Source: Chiloscyllium plagiosum
Taxonomy: Eukaryota
DNA length: 48,357 bases
Assembly: GCF_004010195.1 (NCBI RefSeq)
Contig: NC_057752.1
Span: 8,889,478 to 8,937,834, forward strand
Direction: 5' to 3'
This document shows positions 34,171 through 47,548 of the stretch, piece by piece; positions within the stretch are counted from its first letter, which is position 1; each line of letters starts with the position of its first letter. The notes below the pieces were generated by a model. It was given only the letters and a program-made list of their open reading frames with translations. It was not told where the DNA came from and did no database searches. The position numbers and the translations under genes were made by a program.

Positions 34171-37100
34171 GTGAGTGCCTTGTACATGTGGTGACTTTAG
34201 TAAATGTATACTCAACAACACTGGCTGAGAAATGTAATGGGACAACCAAGGTTTGAATACCTAAGAGATACACTCTTGTATAAGTTATAGCACACCCAGC
34301 ATCATGGTGAATTAGTAAGATTTACCTAATTATTTGCATTTCCACCCAGACAATCTCAAGCCTAAAGAATTGCTTGGGTGGCAAATTGATGAGATAATTT
34401 TACTCTGTAAACTGGGTTGAGGTTGGCTAACCCCTTTTCATGTAGGATGCTTGCAGTTGTGAAGCTGAATGCACAATGTGGTGATTTGTGGGTTGGTACC
34501 TGAACAACTGTCGTCGATACTTTAATATATCTATATAAAATATTGAGAATGTTCATTGGGGGAATGTCTGTTAGAGACACAGGTTGAGTCAATGCCCAAT
34601 TGTTTCACCCAATGTCAAAACAAAATCCTCTTCCCTAATTCACCAGGATGAAGTTATTTTTAAAGTTCATTTTTAAATAACCCAAATAGCATTAGGTTTT
34701 GTGATTGACCAGATCAGCGGGTTTCCTCTTGCACTAATAACTCTCACTGTCACAGATGCTGCTGGGTCCTTGCAGAAATGATCCCAACTGTTAAATGCAG
34801 CAGAAGGATATGGTATAATAGTATTCTTGAGTTTTGAAAGCTCCTGTGTAGTGCTGTCCTGTCATTTGATGCTTTTTAAAAAATTCCTAAAGCATGGGCC
34901 AATGCTCTCATCTAGCTGAAGCTGCTCCACCTACTTCCAATACACTCCAGGATACTGATAGATCTCACTTGGGGCTTATACAGTCAACATAGTCTGACAA
35001 ACAGCAAATTAATTTTGAATGTCCTATTTAACTGCAGACTTGAGGCTAAAATAACATCTTATATCAATCACTATCCATTCTTTAATAACAATTCATTACA
35101 AAATCACATTTGCAGATATATTATGTGGGTTTAGGGACTCTTTCTTCTTACCCTTACACCCTGACAAATGTAACAGCTGGTTGAAGCAGTCAGTAGCTGA
35201 TCATGAGAGTTTAGAAAGTCTTGCCTTTAACCTCTGGTCTTTGCTCAAATTGTTGAACTCAGACAGGATGGTAGCAGGTGCCTGGGCTGATTGGGGCATA
35301 AAAGGAAGGGATTACCTACTATTTGAAGTAATAACGTGTCAAGTTTATATCTCCCATAGTGAAATAGGCTGTCAATATTGTGTTTTGACATGTGCATTAA
35401 GGCTGGTTATTGTGGTAGAGTGCTGGGTAGGGTGGAAGGAGTATTTAACCATATCCAACCAAAGCCCAGGTCTTCCAAAGATCCAAACTGGAGAAATTAA
35501 CAAAGAAATAAGAGGATAAAGGTCATAAATACTCCCAGGCTTTTGTTTCCAGATAATTTACAGTACAATATGGCAGCTAAGGTACTCAAGAATTTGACTG
35601 CTAAAATGGGTTTGTGGTTGAAACTTGCCTGATGTTAAACTTCTGTGTGGGTTTTTCAGTTTGTAACAAAATAGATAGAGTATTGACATTTCTTCCCCAC
35701 CCATAGGTTACAGACTATAATTATCAGAATCATTGCTGTACTGAAGAAGTGCAGCTGCGACGTTGCTAGGATAAAATTACACCCTTTTACAGTCCCTTGC
35801 TCGTATTAAATATTGTAATTATATATTTTTGTGCATAACCTATCTTTTCTCTCTTGGCTATGAGACAACTGTCTTTATTGGAACTGTAAGTAATCCAAAA
35901 AGGACATCATCTCCATCTTGGTGGATTATTTAATTTGATTATTAAAGCATCAGAGCTGGAAGCACAAAAGCAGAAGCTGTATGGTTTTGGAGTGAGATCT
36001 GCAGAAGGTCAATGGACTGGTCAAAAGGGCACATAATATAAACATTTGAGAATGTATAACCACCAAGCAAAAATTCTGTTATCACCGGAAGATTGCAGTA
36101 CGTAGATAAAGCGTGACACAATTGATGGAGTGGATATGAATTGTAAAGTTGAATGCTGAGATGGTGCAAGAATGTATTGATAGATCTTAATGGAGGACAA
36201 GATGATCAGACAACTGCCGAGAAGCTGGCAGAGCCGCAAACTAATTAGTGAGGCCTTGTGACACCTATGACTGGCTTAAGTAATGATGACTGTGCAATTG
36301 ACTGGAAGCCTCAATGTTTCCATCTGCGCATAATCTGCTTGCATTATGAGACCAAGGGTACACTTCCATTCCTGTCATTTCCCAGATCTGTACGAGTCCA
36401 AGCAACAGCAACATTGTACTCAGTGTTTCTTACCCTAAAATTTGTGATCGGGGTAATTCTTTTTTATTAGTTAATTAAAGGTTTTCACTGAGTCTGAACT
36501 TGTGACTAAAACGCACCATGGAAGTTATGCATTAACAGCAGGTGCTATTACTTTGTGAAAGTGCCAGGAATTAATGGAGTAGGTGAAATATGCCATAAGT
36601 TGCTCTGTACCATAACTTGATGGGATATTTGCATCATTCCTCTGTCAACAAGCTACTATAAGTTTCTTATTGCTGTGCACATCCAGGCAGTCAATGGTGG
36701 ATGCCAATTTTTGTGTTGCAACTGACTGAAAGATAATGGTGTGAATGTCCTGGTATTTACATGGTTTATGGCCCTCAGTCTGAGAAGCCAACAGAGAGCC
36801 TTTTTAAGCTTTGGAGTTTCACCCCAGCAGCCTGAAAATTGTTCTTGTTCTCTTTTTCTAATTCTTTTCAATTTGCATCGTTTCTTGCCAGTTTTGCCAT
36901 GCAGAGAGTCCTTTTGGTGTCTTATCATCATCATCGTCATCATTTGTGTTCTGCCTTGAGGCAGGTTCTGGGCGTATTGTCTGCTGATGCTTTATTGTAA
37001 TCTGTTTTCTTCGCAATTTTTACACTTACACTTGTTAGCGTTTAAAGGTAAGTAATTGCAGAAGCCCTCCATTTGTTTGTGTTAGGAAGGAGAAAGCATT

Positions 37101-37199
37101 GCAATGGCCTACCTTCGGAGGCTTCATTGATGAACTGGACGTGAATATGATATTTGAGACACTATCACCTGAACCATTTTTACCACTCCATTCTTTTTT

Positions 37200-37590
37200 T
37201 GCCCCCACCATGCTTCCACCAGAGTGTGTACAGGGAACAAATCCCTTTTAGGCGCTTTTGGAGTTGTGTGTGCATAGACTATGTTTCGCCAGGGCAGCAA
37301 TTCCTAAAACTAAAGTTCATTTCCCATAGGAACTTGCCAATGATAATGAAGGTGACAACCACATTCAATGTCATTGGGTCCAACTCCTAACAGTCTGACA
37401 CTGGAGAGCTTGAACAAAAGCCAAGCTTTTGCATTCAACAGATGACAGATGCCCTCTTCCATAGGGCATCCGACTTCATTCAATCCGGTCTATCCCCCGC
37501 ATGGAAAAGAGACTCATTGATCAGTTTCCACAAGATTTCTGGCTTCTTCAGAATGCAGGGGCAATCAATGGAACCAACTTGCTGTGCATG
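37200..37590 (+). mobile_element. Decayed PIF/Harbinger transposase fragment
   Basis: VYREQIPF...LPMIMKVTTTFN..GSNS*Q...CIQQMTDALFHRASDFI...FHKISGFFRMQG/AINGTN, resembling the Harbinger GFP...GAIDGTH motif; one stop and a frameshift. Confidence 0.6.
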
Positions 37591-38961
37591 AAAGATATAG
37601 TCATCGCACTGTTTGCCTGTATGCATGGTGTTATTACTAAATGCACTAGTGACTCCAATAGTCAAATATCAGTATTGTGTCTGTCTATTTTATAAGATGT
37701 TTGATTTGGACACTGTTTTTATTACTAATGGGAAGGGTTAGCACTCATTAAATGCGCTAAATGTCTGTAATGTGCAACTTAGGATCCGACCATTCAAGAA
37801 CTATTCAGGACACCTTTGTCCTTTATCATTCCACCATGAATTATTTAGTAATAGGGGCTAGGTGGTTGAATGCTGGGGGACAAAATGTCTTGTGATCTTT
37901 CTCTTTAAGTTTACCTCAACATTTCTGGAAAAAGGAAAGAGAACACAAACAACATTTTAAAACTTTAGAGAAAGAAAGGCTGCAAGAAATACATGTTTTA
38001 AAAGTGATTTCAGAAGTTAGATTGTTTATCTCCCATCACCTCTCCCCTCAATCTGAGCTAATATCTACTCACTGCTTTTTATAGTGCTATGTAGTTGATC
38101 TGCAAGGTAAGCATGTGTAAGTTCCCTGATTTGTCATTGACTTTGTCATGGTGTAGGTTGATTTTTTTTTAAGCAAATTACAGTATAAGTACAATGTGAC
38201 AGCACATTTGTGCTTGCCATCTAATAGTATGAGTTGTCATATACTTGCAGCAAACCCAGGTCCAATATTATTTCTTTTCCTTTGAAAGGATGCTAAAATT
38301 TTCTGTTAACTTGATTAAAGAATTGGAGTCATTTTGTGTTTGGAAATGCAGATGGCTGATGATTATAGCAATTAGTGGTCATTAAATCTAAGCTTTTGAA
38401 TCTAAAGTCCAGTAAAACTCCCACATTGCATGTGTCAGGAGTCCAGTTTTGAAATAGAGTCAAATAAACCTGTTGGCTAACTGGTCTATCCCTGACATGT
38501 GTAATTTCTTAAAGGCACTCATGACTTGAATCATCAAACAGCAATACTGTGCCTATCTCTTTAGAGATTGTTTGTTGGATTGTTTGATTTGGACATTGTT
38601 TCAATCTCCTCTGATAAATGATTGGCATGTCAATCTGCTTTTAGACATCTGGCTGGATCTAATACTGGGTAGAACAATTCATAGAATTCTGAAACCAAAC
38701 TGCAAAGTGATACTCAGACTCCAATCAGTACTAATGCATCACATTTGTCGATGGGCGAGGATTATTGGAAATATCAGGCTGATGCAATATTGGGTTGCAA
38801 TGTCTGACAGTAGAGGTGAAGTGCACGGGTTTAGAGAATTCCAACGTGTACCTGACTCTCGAGTGCTTGAGAATGCCACTGCATGCAAAGCAGAACAAGA
38901 TTATTTTCACTTTTGAAATAAAAGTACAAATTTAAAACCAAATCTAGTTCAATTGAACAAA

Positions 38962-39315
38962 TAGAGTCATAGAGATGTACAGCATGGAAACAGACCCGTC
39001 AGTCCAACCCACCCATGCTGACAAGATATCCCACCCCAATCTAGTCCCACCTGCCAGCACCCGGCCCATATCCCTCCAAACCCTTCCTATTCATATACCC
39101 ATCCAAATGCCTGTTAAAATGTTGCAATTGTACCAGCCTCCACCACTTCATCTGGCAGCTCATTCCATACACGTACCACCCTCTGCGTGAAAAAGTTGCC
39201 CCTTAGGTCTCTTATATATCTTTCCCCTCTAGTTCTGGACTCCCCGACCCCAGGAATAAGACTTTGCCTATTTACCCTATCCATGTCCCTCGTAATTTTG
39301 TAAACCTCTATAAGG
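38962..39315 (-). mobile_element. CR1 (HER1-like) 3' fragment
   Basis: Very similar to 1622-1923. Confidence 0.9.
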
Positions 39316-40246
39316 AAATGTTGAGATGTGTGGCGTTTTTGAATGGTCTCAGATCATTCAACAATATAATGCTACTAGAATCTGAAATGTTCAAGGTCAG
39401 CCTATGTTTACTTAATTAAAACACTAATATAGGCTGAGTATTGTTATTTTCATCACTGCATCTGTTTTATGCTCTCACCATGTTTCTGGCCATGTTGAAT
39501 AGCTCCGTTCTATAACTTGACTCCAGAAGAATTGAAGAATTAAATTCCTAAGGAGTGGCGATTCCTGCATAACCCCATTTACTGCTTCAGGAGTCAGCTC
39601 ATGGGAAAACATTAAGTAATGGGCACTTGCCTTGAACTGTCAATATCACTATTTCGAGGGATATGGCAGAGAATATAGATGTTTAAGATCTTGGAGATGT
39701 CCCTGTCTTGTCTTCATGCTGCTTATATCAGTGGGCTCCCAAGGTTGTGCTACTTATGGTAATGTACAACTGCTTTCATGTAACTGAGAACAAGAAAAAT
39801 GTGTATTGTACCAAAGGAATTTCAAAAGCATGACAGTATCTATTGTGGAAACAATATCACTCCTCTCACTGCAGTGGTTCATAGTCAAGGTCCATCACCA
39901 CTTTTTCAACAACTGTGAATGGGAAATAAATGGGGTCTTGCTAGGAGTACCCACGTCCTGAGAACAAATGACAAAAAAATCTATCAGCGCAAGCAAGATA
40001 AATATGTATTAAAATATGTTGTCCATGAGTTTTAAATTGCTGAAAAAATAAGATAAATTTTACTTCATTTGAAACCAGTTTATAAACTGTTTGAAAGCAA
40101 TGCAAATATTGTGGGTCTTCTCTGTCGAGACAGAGAGAGAGCGAGACAATGTCTCACTGATCATGTGGGTGAGTTTCAACTCGGCACAAAATTAAACTAT
40201 GCAATTTCTCTCCGGCCAATACAGTTGATATTTAGTTTATTTTCAG

Positions 40247-40364
40247 GACTCCTACGTTTGCCGGTGGCCTCTTTGCGATCTCCAAAGCTTACTTTGAGCT
40301 GATTGGAACATACGACAACCAGATGGAAATATGGGGAGGAGAGAATGTGGAAATGTCATTCAGG
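40247..40364 (+). CDS. GALNT6: GALNT6 coding exon 5 (118 nt), WGGEN motif; correct frame not in ORF track
   Basis: tttcag|[40 protein letters not shown]|gtaaac. Confidence 0.95.
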
Positions 40365-40984
40365 GTAAACGCAAATGCTTATGTTTATAATGCTGACCCC
40401 TTGGTTGTGTCTGTTGAGATTTAAGTATGAGTGAGGTCCTTTGGCCTAATGTACGAAGGTGCTGTCTGTTGTTATAGTGTGGTGGGTGGGGGAACAAACA
40501 CCTCAGACACTGTTCCTGCTGTTGATCACTGTCCTATGAGCTCAGCTGGAAAGTGTGTGGATGTTTGATGAGAACAGAATCCAATGTGGCTCTGATGCTT
40601 ACAGGACAAAACCCAGGACTGCGCATAAAGAATGGCTATCTCCTATCATAAGTATTTGTCATTGGCGAAAAAAACATCTAAGTATTTTTGTTTTATCAAG
40701 TTTAATGGATTGGAGCATTTTACATGAAAATATTTGCTTTGTTCTTGCAAATTATAATTATTAATTTTGATATTACTCTTAAGCAGCTGACAGAAGTTCT
40801 CTTGACCTCGTTAGTAAGTCTCACTGGTACCATTTCAGCATTTGGGTTCTGGAGTGAATTTCCTGGCTATGCCTTTGGAGTCTGTTAAGATGAGGATTCT
40901 GCAAAGTCCTCATTATTATCTCTGCTGGAATAATGACTGTCTGTCTAGCCAATGGAAAGTTCAGGTCTGTCATAATGCATATCG

Positions 40985-41117
40985 TAGTACAGGCCCTCAC
41001 CGACCTGTGAAAGCAATCTGAAGCCCACCTAACCTACACTATTCCATTATCATCCATATGTTTATCCAATGACCATTTAAGTGCCCTTAAAATTGGCGAG
41101 TCTACTACTGTTGCAGC
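40985..41117 (-). mobile_element. Short CR1 3' fragment, another subfamily
   Basis: catccatatgtttatccaatgaccatttaa.tgcccttaaa.ttggcgagtctactactgttgcag. Confidence 0.55.
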
Positions 41118-41149
41118 CAAAAACTGACAGGCATCAGCTGTGACTCCAT

Positions 41150-41570
41150 AGTAATACCCAAGTCAACAGCTTCTTGGTTCAAGCGCCACTTCAGGATTTG
41201 AGCTCATAATCAAGGTTGGCACTCCAGTGCAGTACTGACAGAGTGCTACACTGTAAGTGCCACCTTTTTGTTGAGACATTGTACACCCACTTGGGTAGAC
41301 ATAAAATATCCCACAGCATTATTTGAAAACAAACAGCCAAATTGGCTTTGTGTCCAAGCCAACATTTATCCCTCAATGAACATCTAAATAAAGTGACATC
41401 TGTCATCCAATCTGGTCATTTATTTCATTGCTGCTTACGGAATATTGCTGTGCGCAAATTGACTATTTTGTTGCTTACATTATAACACTGATTACATTTC
41501 AGAATGACTTAATTGGTTGTAAAGCATTTTGAGAGGTCCGAAGGTTGTGAAAGGTGCTTTGTAAATGCCT
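41150..41570 (+). mobile_element. DeuSINE (SacSINE1-like), near full length
   Basis: B-box-like ggttcaag; ctccagtgcagtactga; Deu domain ttgctgtgcgcaaattg...acattataacactgattaca...aattggttgtaaagc; tail gtgaaaggtgct..taaatgc. Confidence 0.75.
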
Positions 41571-42839
41571 GTCATAGGAAAATGAAATTATTACTAATAT
41601 TTTTAAGAGCAAGTCTCCTGTTAACCTGGCAGATCAGACAGTATGGCTACTCGGCAGAAGGCTGTCATTTTATATGCAGCCTCCTATTCTCCATAGCCTC
41701 CTTCACTCATTTGTGTCCCCCTTGGTGGCCACGTGTTCAGCCATTTAAGCTCCACACTCGAGGAAGCCCTCTTTTAAAGTGACCTACCTTACCAAGCTTT
41801 GGTCACTCCTCTTCTTTGTCTCTTTGTTCTGTCTAATGACACTTTTGAGAATTGCTTTTGATCTTCTCTGCTAAAGGTACTGAGTAATTTGGGTATTTGT
41901 TGGGTGTGCTGGACTCTGGTACTGCAATCCTAGCCGTTTCCTCACTGAATCAGTTTATTCTGTTCTTGAAACATCCTCCATCAATCACATCTAATGCAAT
42001 ATTTATATTCAATGAGCAATATAATTTAACCATGCAAAAAATGGCCCTGGCTTTATTTTTGGGAAGATTCATGAATGTTTGGTAATTGTGCAACATAAAT
42101 CAGTGTTCCCTCCCAGATTGTTGTCTAAATTACGAAGCCCCTTTTTTTAATGAGATATAGAGAGGAGGTATCTAAAGGAAGAGGTGTTTAATTCTGCATT
42201 GATTAATACTTTGAAGTGGAACTGGATCGTTGTCTCATTTGGAATGAAAATTGAAAATTACAAAAGTAGTAATGTAAAGGTGATCTTGGCTGAGGGAGTT
42301 GCAAGTAAAGGGAAATGAAGCCACGTTTGCAGTCATTTTGTTTGGACAATGGAAGGGCCAGGTTTGTTCACTTGAAATGTTGTTCCTCTAAGCTTGTGAA
42401 TATAGAACATGCTTTAATGTAATTAAGCTTTAATGTAATTAATGTATAAAAACTGCTCCCTATTAGTTGGCTGTGAAAAATAATTCATTTTGGAAGGCAG
42501 CACTTCTATCCACTTAAACCTACATGGAATGTCCAAGTTAATTGACAAAACTGATGCCTTAGAGTTAGATGTTTGTGGAGCTAAGGCAAAATCTATCAGA
42601 AGGTGACAAAATAGAACTGTCATGCACGTCACAGTGATTCATTCCAAAGATTTTTTTTTAAAAACTCAACTGTTTTACTGCTTGTCAGCTTTTTGACATT
42701 GAGACTGGCTGATGGACTGGATCAGTATCCATTCTGTAAAATAGTATGGGGTCTGATACCTGAATACTTAAGGAATTCTGGAACATGAAGAGCTGTATTT
42801 CAGCTGAAACATTAGCCTTAGGACCTTACCTCCCCCTCC

Positions 42840-43062
42840 AGTGGATAGAAAAGATGTCACAGCACTTTTGCAAAGAGAGAGAACTTCTCCACAGTGCTCT
42901 GGACAGTATTCATCCCTGAACTAATTATTACATTGATGTCAGTGGGCATTTTGCTCTGCAAATTGACTTCTGTAGTTCCTACATTACAACAGTGATCCAC
43001 TTAAAGTACTTAATTTGCTATAACATTGTGAAAAGTACGATTTAAATGCAAACTCTTTCTAT
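42840..43062 (+). mobile_element. DeuSINE fragment
   Basis: gcaaattgac...ttcctacattacaacagtga...gtgaaaagtacgatttaaatgcaaactctttct. Confidence 0.7.
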
Positions 43063-43696
43063 CTACCATTTTGAAAAGAAAACACTCAACTGTGCGATGA
43101 ATGGGTTGTGGTAGAAAATGGATTCTCTTTAAATTAGAGTAAAATGAATTAAATGGCCTTCCTTAACTGTGCTGATTTTATAAATGGTTTAACAACTGAA
43201 GACAGGTTTTTTTTTTAAAATGTACAGCATAGTTTCTCATGGGAACACAATCAAGTTGGGAAGACACAGAATGTAAAGAAATATAACGTAGGGAAAGCTC
43301 TTTTAGGGATGCTTAACATGTGCTTGTAGGGTGGCTTTGGCAGGGTGCATAGGAAGAGATGAGCAGGTTTACTGAAATTTATGCTAAATTTGGCTCCTTT
43401 ATCAAGGCACCAAAGTCAGAAAGCTGCTTTCTGTGAAACCATATATGTTTGGATGAAGTGTTGGTGTATGAGATGTGGGAAGAAATAGTATAGATTTTAA
43501 ATTGAGACTACTCAACAGTCTTGGAGAAGCTAACTTGATTGAGCATGCAAGCATGAAAAAGATGAAGATACATTTTACAACTAATTAACAAACTCCGTAC
43601 CTGTACTGATGATTCACACTGTCTGAGTCCATAACCCCTCACAGTCTGTTCCCTCTGATCACGCTGTCTTCAGCCACTATTCAAAGAAAAATAAAA

Positions 43697-43815
43697 TTAA
43701 AAATCACACAACACCAGGTTATGGTCCAACAGGCTTATTCGGAAGCACTAGCTTTCAGAGTTGTGTGATTTTTAACTTTGTACATCGCAGTCCAACACCG
43801 GCAACTCCAAATCAT
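43697..43815. mobile_element. Short fold-back Penelope-type remnant with a 16-bp perfect inverted repeat
   Basis: ttaaaaatcacacaac (43697-43712) / gttgtgtgatttttaa (43760-43775); minus strand ctctGAAAGCTAgtg looks like a hammerhead 3' half. Confidence 0.5.
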
Positions 43816-44090
43816 GTCAAACAAAAATATATATTTAAACAGTATGTTAGATGGCTACAATCTTAATGAGGTCAATTTTTATTTAAAAGTTCCAGAACCA
43901 AGGGTCTTTCTCTTCAAATGGGAAAATAAAATCTATTATTTTGTTCCATGTTTTATTCCGTGTGAAAAAGGTTGATAAACCAAAATAACTGTCTATTGGC
44001 TATATGTCCAAACAAAGATAATTCTGTATTAATTTTTTTACTGATTTTTGGCATTGGCTAATGGCATATTGTCTGACTGCTTTGTTTTAG

Positions 44091-44291
44091 GTCTGGCAAT
44101 GTGGTGGGCAGTTGGAAATCATTCCTTGCTCGGTGGTGGGCCATGTGTTCCGTACCAAGAGCCCTCACAGCTTCCCAAAAGGTGTGCAGGTAATTGCCCG
44201 CAACCAAGTGCGCCTGGCTGAAGTCTGGATGGATCACTACAAGGAGCTGTTTTACAGGAGAAATCAGCAAGCAGCAAAGATGGCACAGGAG
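44091..44291 (+). CDS. GALNT6: GALNT6 coding exon 6 (201 nt)
   Basis: ttttag|[67 protein letters not shown]|gtgggt. Confidence 0.95.
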
Positions 44292-45219
44292 GTGGGTGAT
44301 ACAACTGGAATTTTTTTTAAACCATCAATTGTAATCATTTTAATTTTTCCCCACCAAATAATGCAAGTGTTTGGTTAAGGTGAGCAAAACCATGCCCCCT
44401 ATGTTCCAGTTTCTCTCTTAGAATCCTCATTATGTATTTCTTGGGTTAATCATCCTCAATTGCAACTTACTGAAGTTGACATGGTCTTGCATTACACTAC
44501 TAGATACCTTTTCTGAATATTCGACACAGGTAAACACTGACAACTATAGTAATATATTTACTATGAATAAAGAAAGTACAAAGTCCAACAAATGCTCACT
44601 ATATTAACATAAACAGGTGAAAGTCCATAATGCATTCTATTGTTCTTTAGTCAAAGTAACTAAGGAAACAACTGTTTCTGAAGGTTGACAGAGCAAATCC
44701 TGAGGAAAATTTAATTTAACAAGGGACAATTTCAGGTGCATTCAACAAAACCATTAAAGCAGAGTGAGAAATATTTCTTTGACCATAGAATTTTGAAAAA
44801 AAATGACAACTGTTTGAGGACTTTGTTCACTTGAAAGATGTAATACAACATTATGTTCAAATATACAATAGCAGGGCAGCTATGGGGATGGATGGAGTTT
44901 ACATAATGTTAGAAGAGAGATGTTTTCATCAATTGATCAGAAGGATGTAACAATTATAGAATCAAAATGATCATCTTTAATTACAAATGCAATTATAACA
45001 TTTACATGGTTATAATCTTCTTCTGTTCTGTCACACACTCTCATCCATCCTTCGCCTCCACCACCCTTTATCTGTTAGACTGATCAACTATCTTATCATT
45101 TCTTGCCATGTCAGACAATCTGACTTGACGCACTTCCAGTACACAATGATAATGGCATACATTCCATGTAATACACCAAGGTAACCACTATGTGGGAGTA
45201 GAATTTAGCAAGACCAGAG

Positions 45220-46009
45220 TATTATGACCAAAATATAGTGTAAAGTGGGTAAAATAAAAATCCAGTTGAAATCTCAACACAATTTTTTTTTCTTGATGAA
45301 GCATGGCATCTCTCAGAAAATGGCTGAGGGTGTTTTATATTTAGTATTGTTTGGAGCATTTAGGTTTTGAAGGATAGTGGAAAAAGGATTTTCTCCCCCA
45401 GGTTTTGTGAACATACCTGGTGTGGCTTCTTTTAAAACAGGTTATTTAAAATTCACTGGACATCGAAAGTCTTTTTTTTAAACAAGGCTTCCTGTATATC
45501 ATATGATGGGTGATAACTGCTTTCTTGTAGACGCCAGCTTGGGTTGTTTGGAACAGTGAGTGGTTGAATAGGATCTTGTTTTATGTGGTTGAGTTGGAGG
45601 AAAGCCTGCTATGGACAAGTCTCAGAACATTCTATGCTTTATCCTTTTGCCTTCAAGAATAACCCATTGGCCAAAATGACTTTCATTTTCAGAAAGTAAA
45701 AGAGCTTTCTTTCCTCCTTGTTTTCTTTCCTATTTTCCTTAAGAGAGTGTTTGAATATATATTGTGTGGATATTTAGAGGAATGAGCATTAATACTTTTA
45801 TATTACTGATTGTACATTAACAAAGTAGTTTAGTTTTATTGAATAAGTTTTGGTTTGATAATCACATATTTAGTGAGAAGCCTGATCAGTAGATCTTGTT
45901 ATCTGACGCACCTCGTCATCTAGATGATTGAAAGAAGTAACTTTACATTATGACTTGTGGAGTAGTGGAACTAGACCAATGGTGCACTCCTCCAGCCTCA
46001 GTAGTAACA
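45220..46009 (+). mobile_element. Possible solo LTR
   Basis: Starts (g)tattatgac and ends gtagtaaca, resembling TGTTA...TAACA LTR termini; diverged. Confidence 0.35.
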
Positions 46010-46034
46010 ATCTGTTGCTCTGGCTTTTTTTTAG

Positions 46035-46166
46035 AAAAGTTATGGCGATCTTTCAGAAAGGTTTCAGTTGAAGGAGCATATAAAATGCAAGAACTTTACC
46101 TGGTACCTGCAAAACGTGTATCCTGAAATCTTTATACCTGATTTCTCTCCAGTGCGTTATGGGGCA
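46035..46166 (+). CDS. GALNT6: GALNT6 coding exon 7 (132 nt), end of catalytic domain and linker; gene continues past window
   Basis: tttttttag|KSYGDLSERFQLKEHIKCKNFTWYLQNVYPEIFIPDFSPVRYGA|gtaagt. Confidence 0.94.
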
Positions 46167-46675
46167 GTAAGTAAAATTCTGCATTTAAATAACATGTGTT
46201 TGACTGTTTAAAGCAAAATTGACTTGAAGCTCAGTGATGCTTTCTAACCTGTTTTGAAATTCACTTTGCAAAATGTTAATGGACCTTGAAATTAGGTTGC
46301 GTTTGTAGCCAAAGCCACCACGAGGGGGAGCACCACACTTGTTTGTGCAAAATTGATGTGACACTAATAAAACAGAAGACTGTTCACTAACATTGAAAAG
46401 CTTATGGTGACCCAGGAGATTGTCCTTGCTTTGTTCCAGTTGCAATTATATGTAAAATGTCTTGGAGTTCGTGACATAGATAAAACCTCCTTCAGTTAGC
46501 TTCACAACAGAAAGGTGAATCCAAACTGCTACTCATCTAGGTTCAATCATGGTATACAGCCTACATTACATAGTGAAGCCAAAATTGCTTCAGAATAATG
46601 TAAAATATGCAACAGATGTCATGTCTGCCTTCTATCCTCAAGGTATTCTTTTTCTCTCCCATGAATAGTGTGACA

Positions 46676-47545
46676 TTAGAAGATAAGAACTGGTAACAGG
46701 AGTAGGCAATTCAGCCCTTGAAACCTGCTCCACCATTCAGTAAGATCATGGTTGATCTCATCTCTGCCTCGACTGCACTTTCCTGACCATAACCCTTTAA
46801 ATAATCTCTCAATCCCGTCCTCAAATTTATTCAGTGTCCTAGCGTTCACTGCACTCTGGGGAGTAAATTCCACAGATTCATAACTCTTTTGAGAGATGTA
46901 ATCTCTCCTCATCATCTCTGTTTTAAATTTGCTATCCCTGTCATGAACTATGACCTCTCATTTTAGATTGGCCCGCAAGGGAAAACATCCGCTTTATACC
47001 TGCTTGGTCAATCCCCTTTAGTGTCGTCTTTACTTCAATTTATTCTCCTCTTATTCTTAACTCCAGCGAGTACAGGCCGAAGCTGCTCAGTCTCTCCTCG
47101 TAAGATATGTCTTTCATCTCTGAAATTAATCTAGTGAATCTTCTCTCTACCACCTCTAATTCAATTATATCCTTCCTCCAGCAAAGGGACCAAAGCTGTA
47201 CACAGTACTCCAGATGTAGTCTCAACAATACAACCGTACGGTTATAACAACACTTGCCTACTTTTATACTCCATCCCTTTAGCAATAAATGCCAAAATTT
47301 CATTTGCCCTCCTCATTACCTGCTGTACCTGCAGACTAGCTTTCTGTGATTCATGCACAAGGACACTCAGGTTCCTCTGCATGGAAGTATTTTGATGTTC
47401 CTCTCCATTTAGATAACTTGCCTTTTTATTCTTCTGATCATAATGGATAATTTTTCACTTATCCACATTAAACATCCTCTGCCAAATTATGACCCATGCA
47501 ATTAAACTATCCATATTCATTTCCAAGTTTCTTTCTTCATTGCGA
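46676..47545 (-). mobile_element. CR1 3' fragment, about 870 bp
   Basis: LRLHLEYCVQLWS...RRFTRLI.EMK..SYEERL. Confidence 0.88.
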
Positions 47546-47548
47546 CTT

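Noticed and set aside
35741..35766. ctgaagaagtgcagctgcgacgttg as another hammerhead
   Set aside because: No GAAA, incomplete stem II and no pLTR tract after it.
42411..42442. 2 x 16-bp tandem gctttaatgtaattaa
   Set aside because: Ordinary AT-rich slippage duplication.
10408..46166. Assignment to GALNT3
   Set aside because: N-terminus (MRL...LAMV), [24 protein letters not shown] and AAKMAQEKS match my recollection of GALNT6 better. Phylogeny or synteny would settle it.
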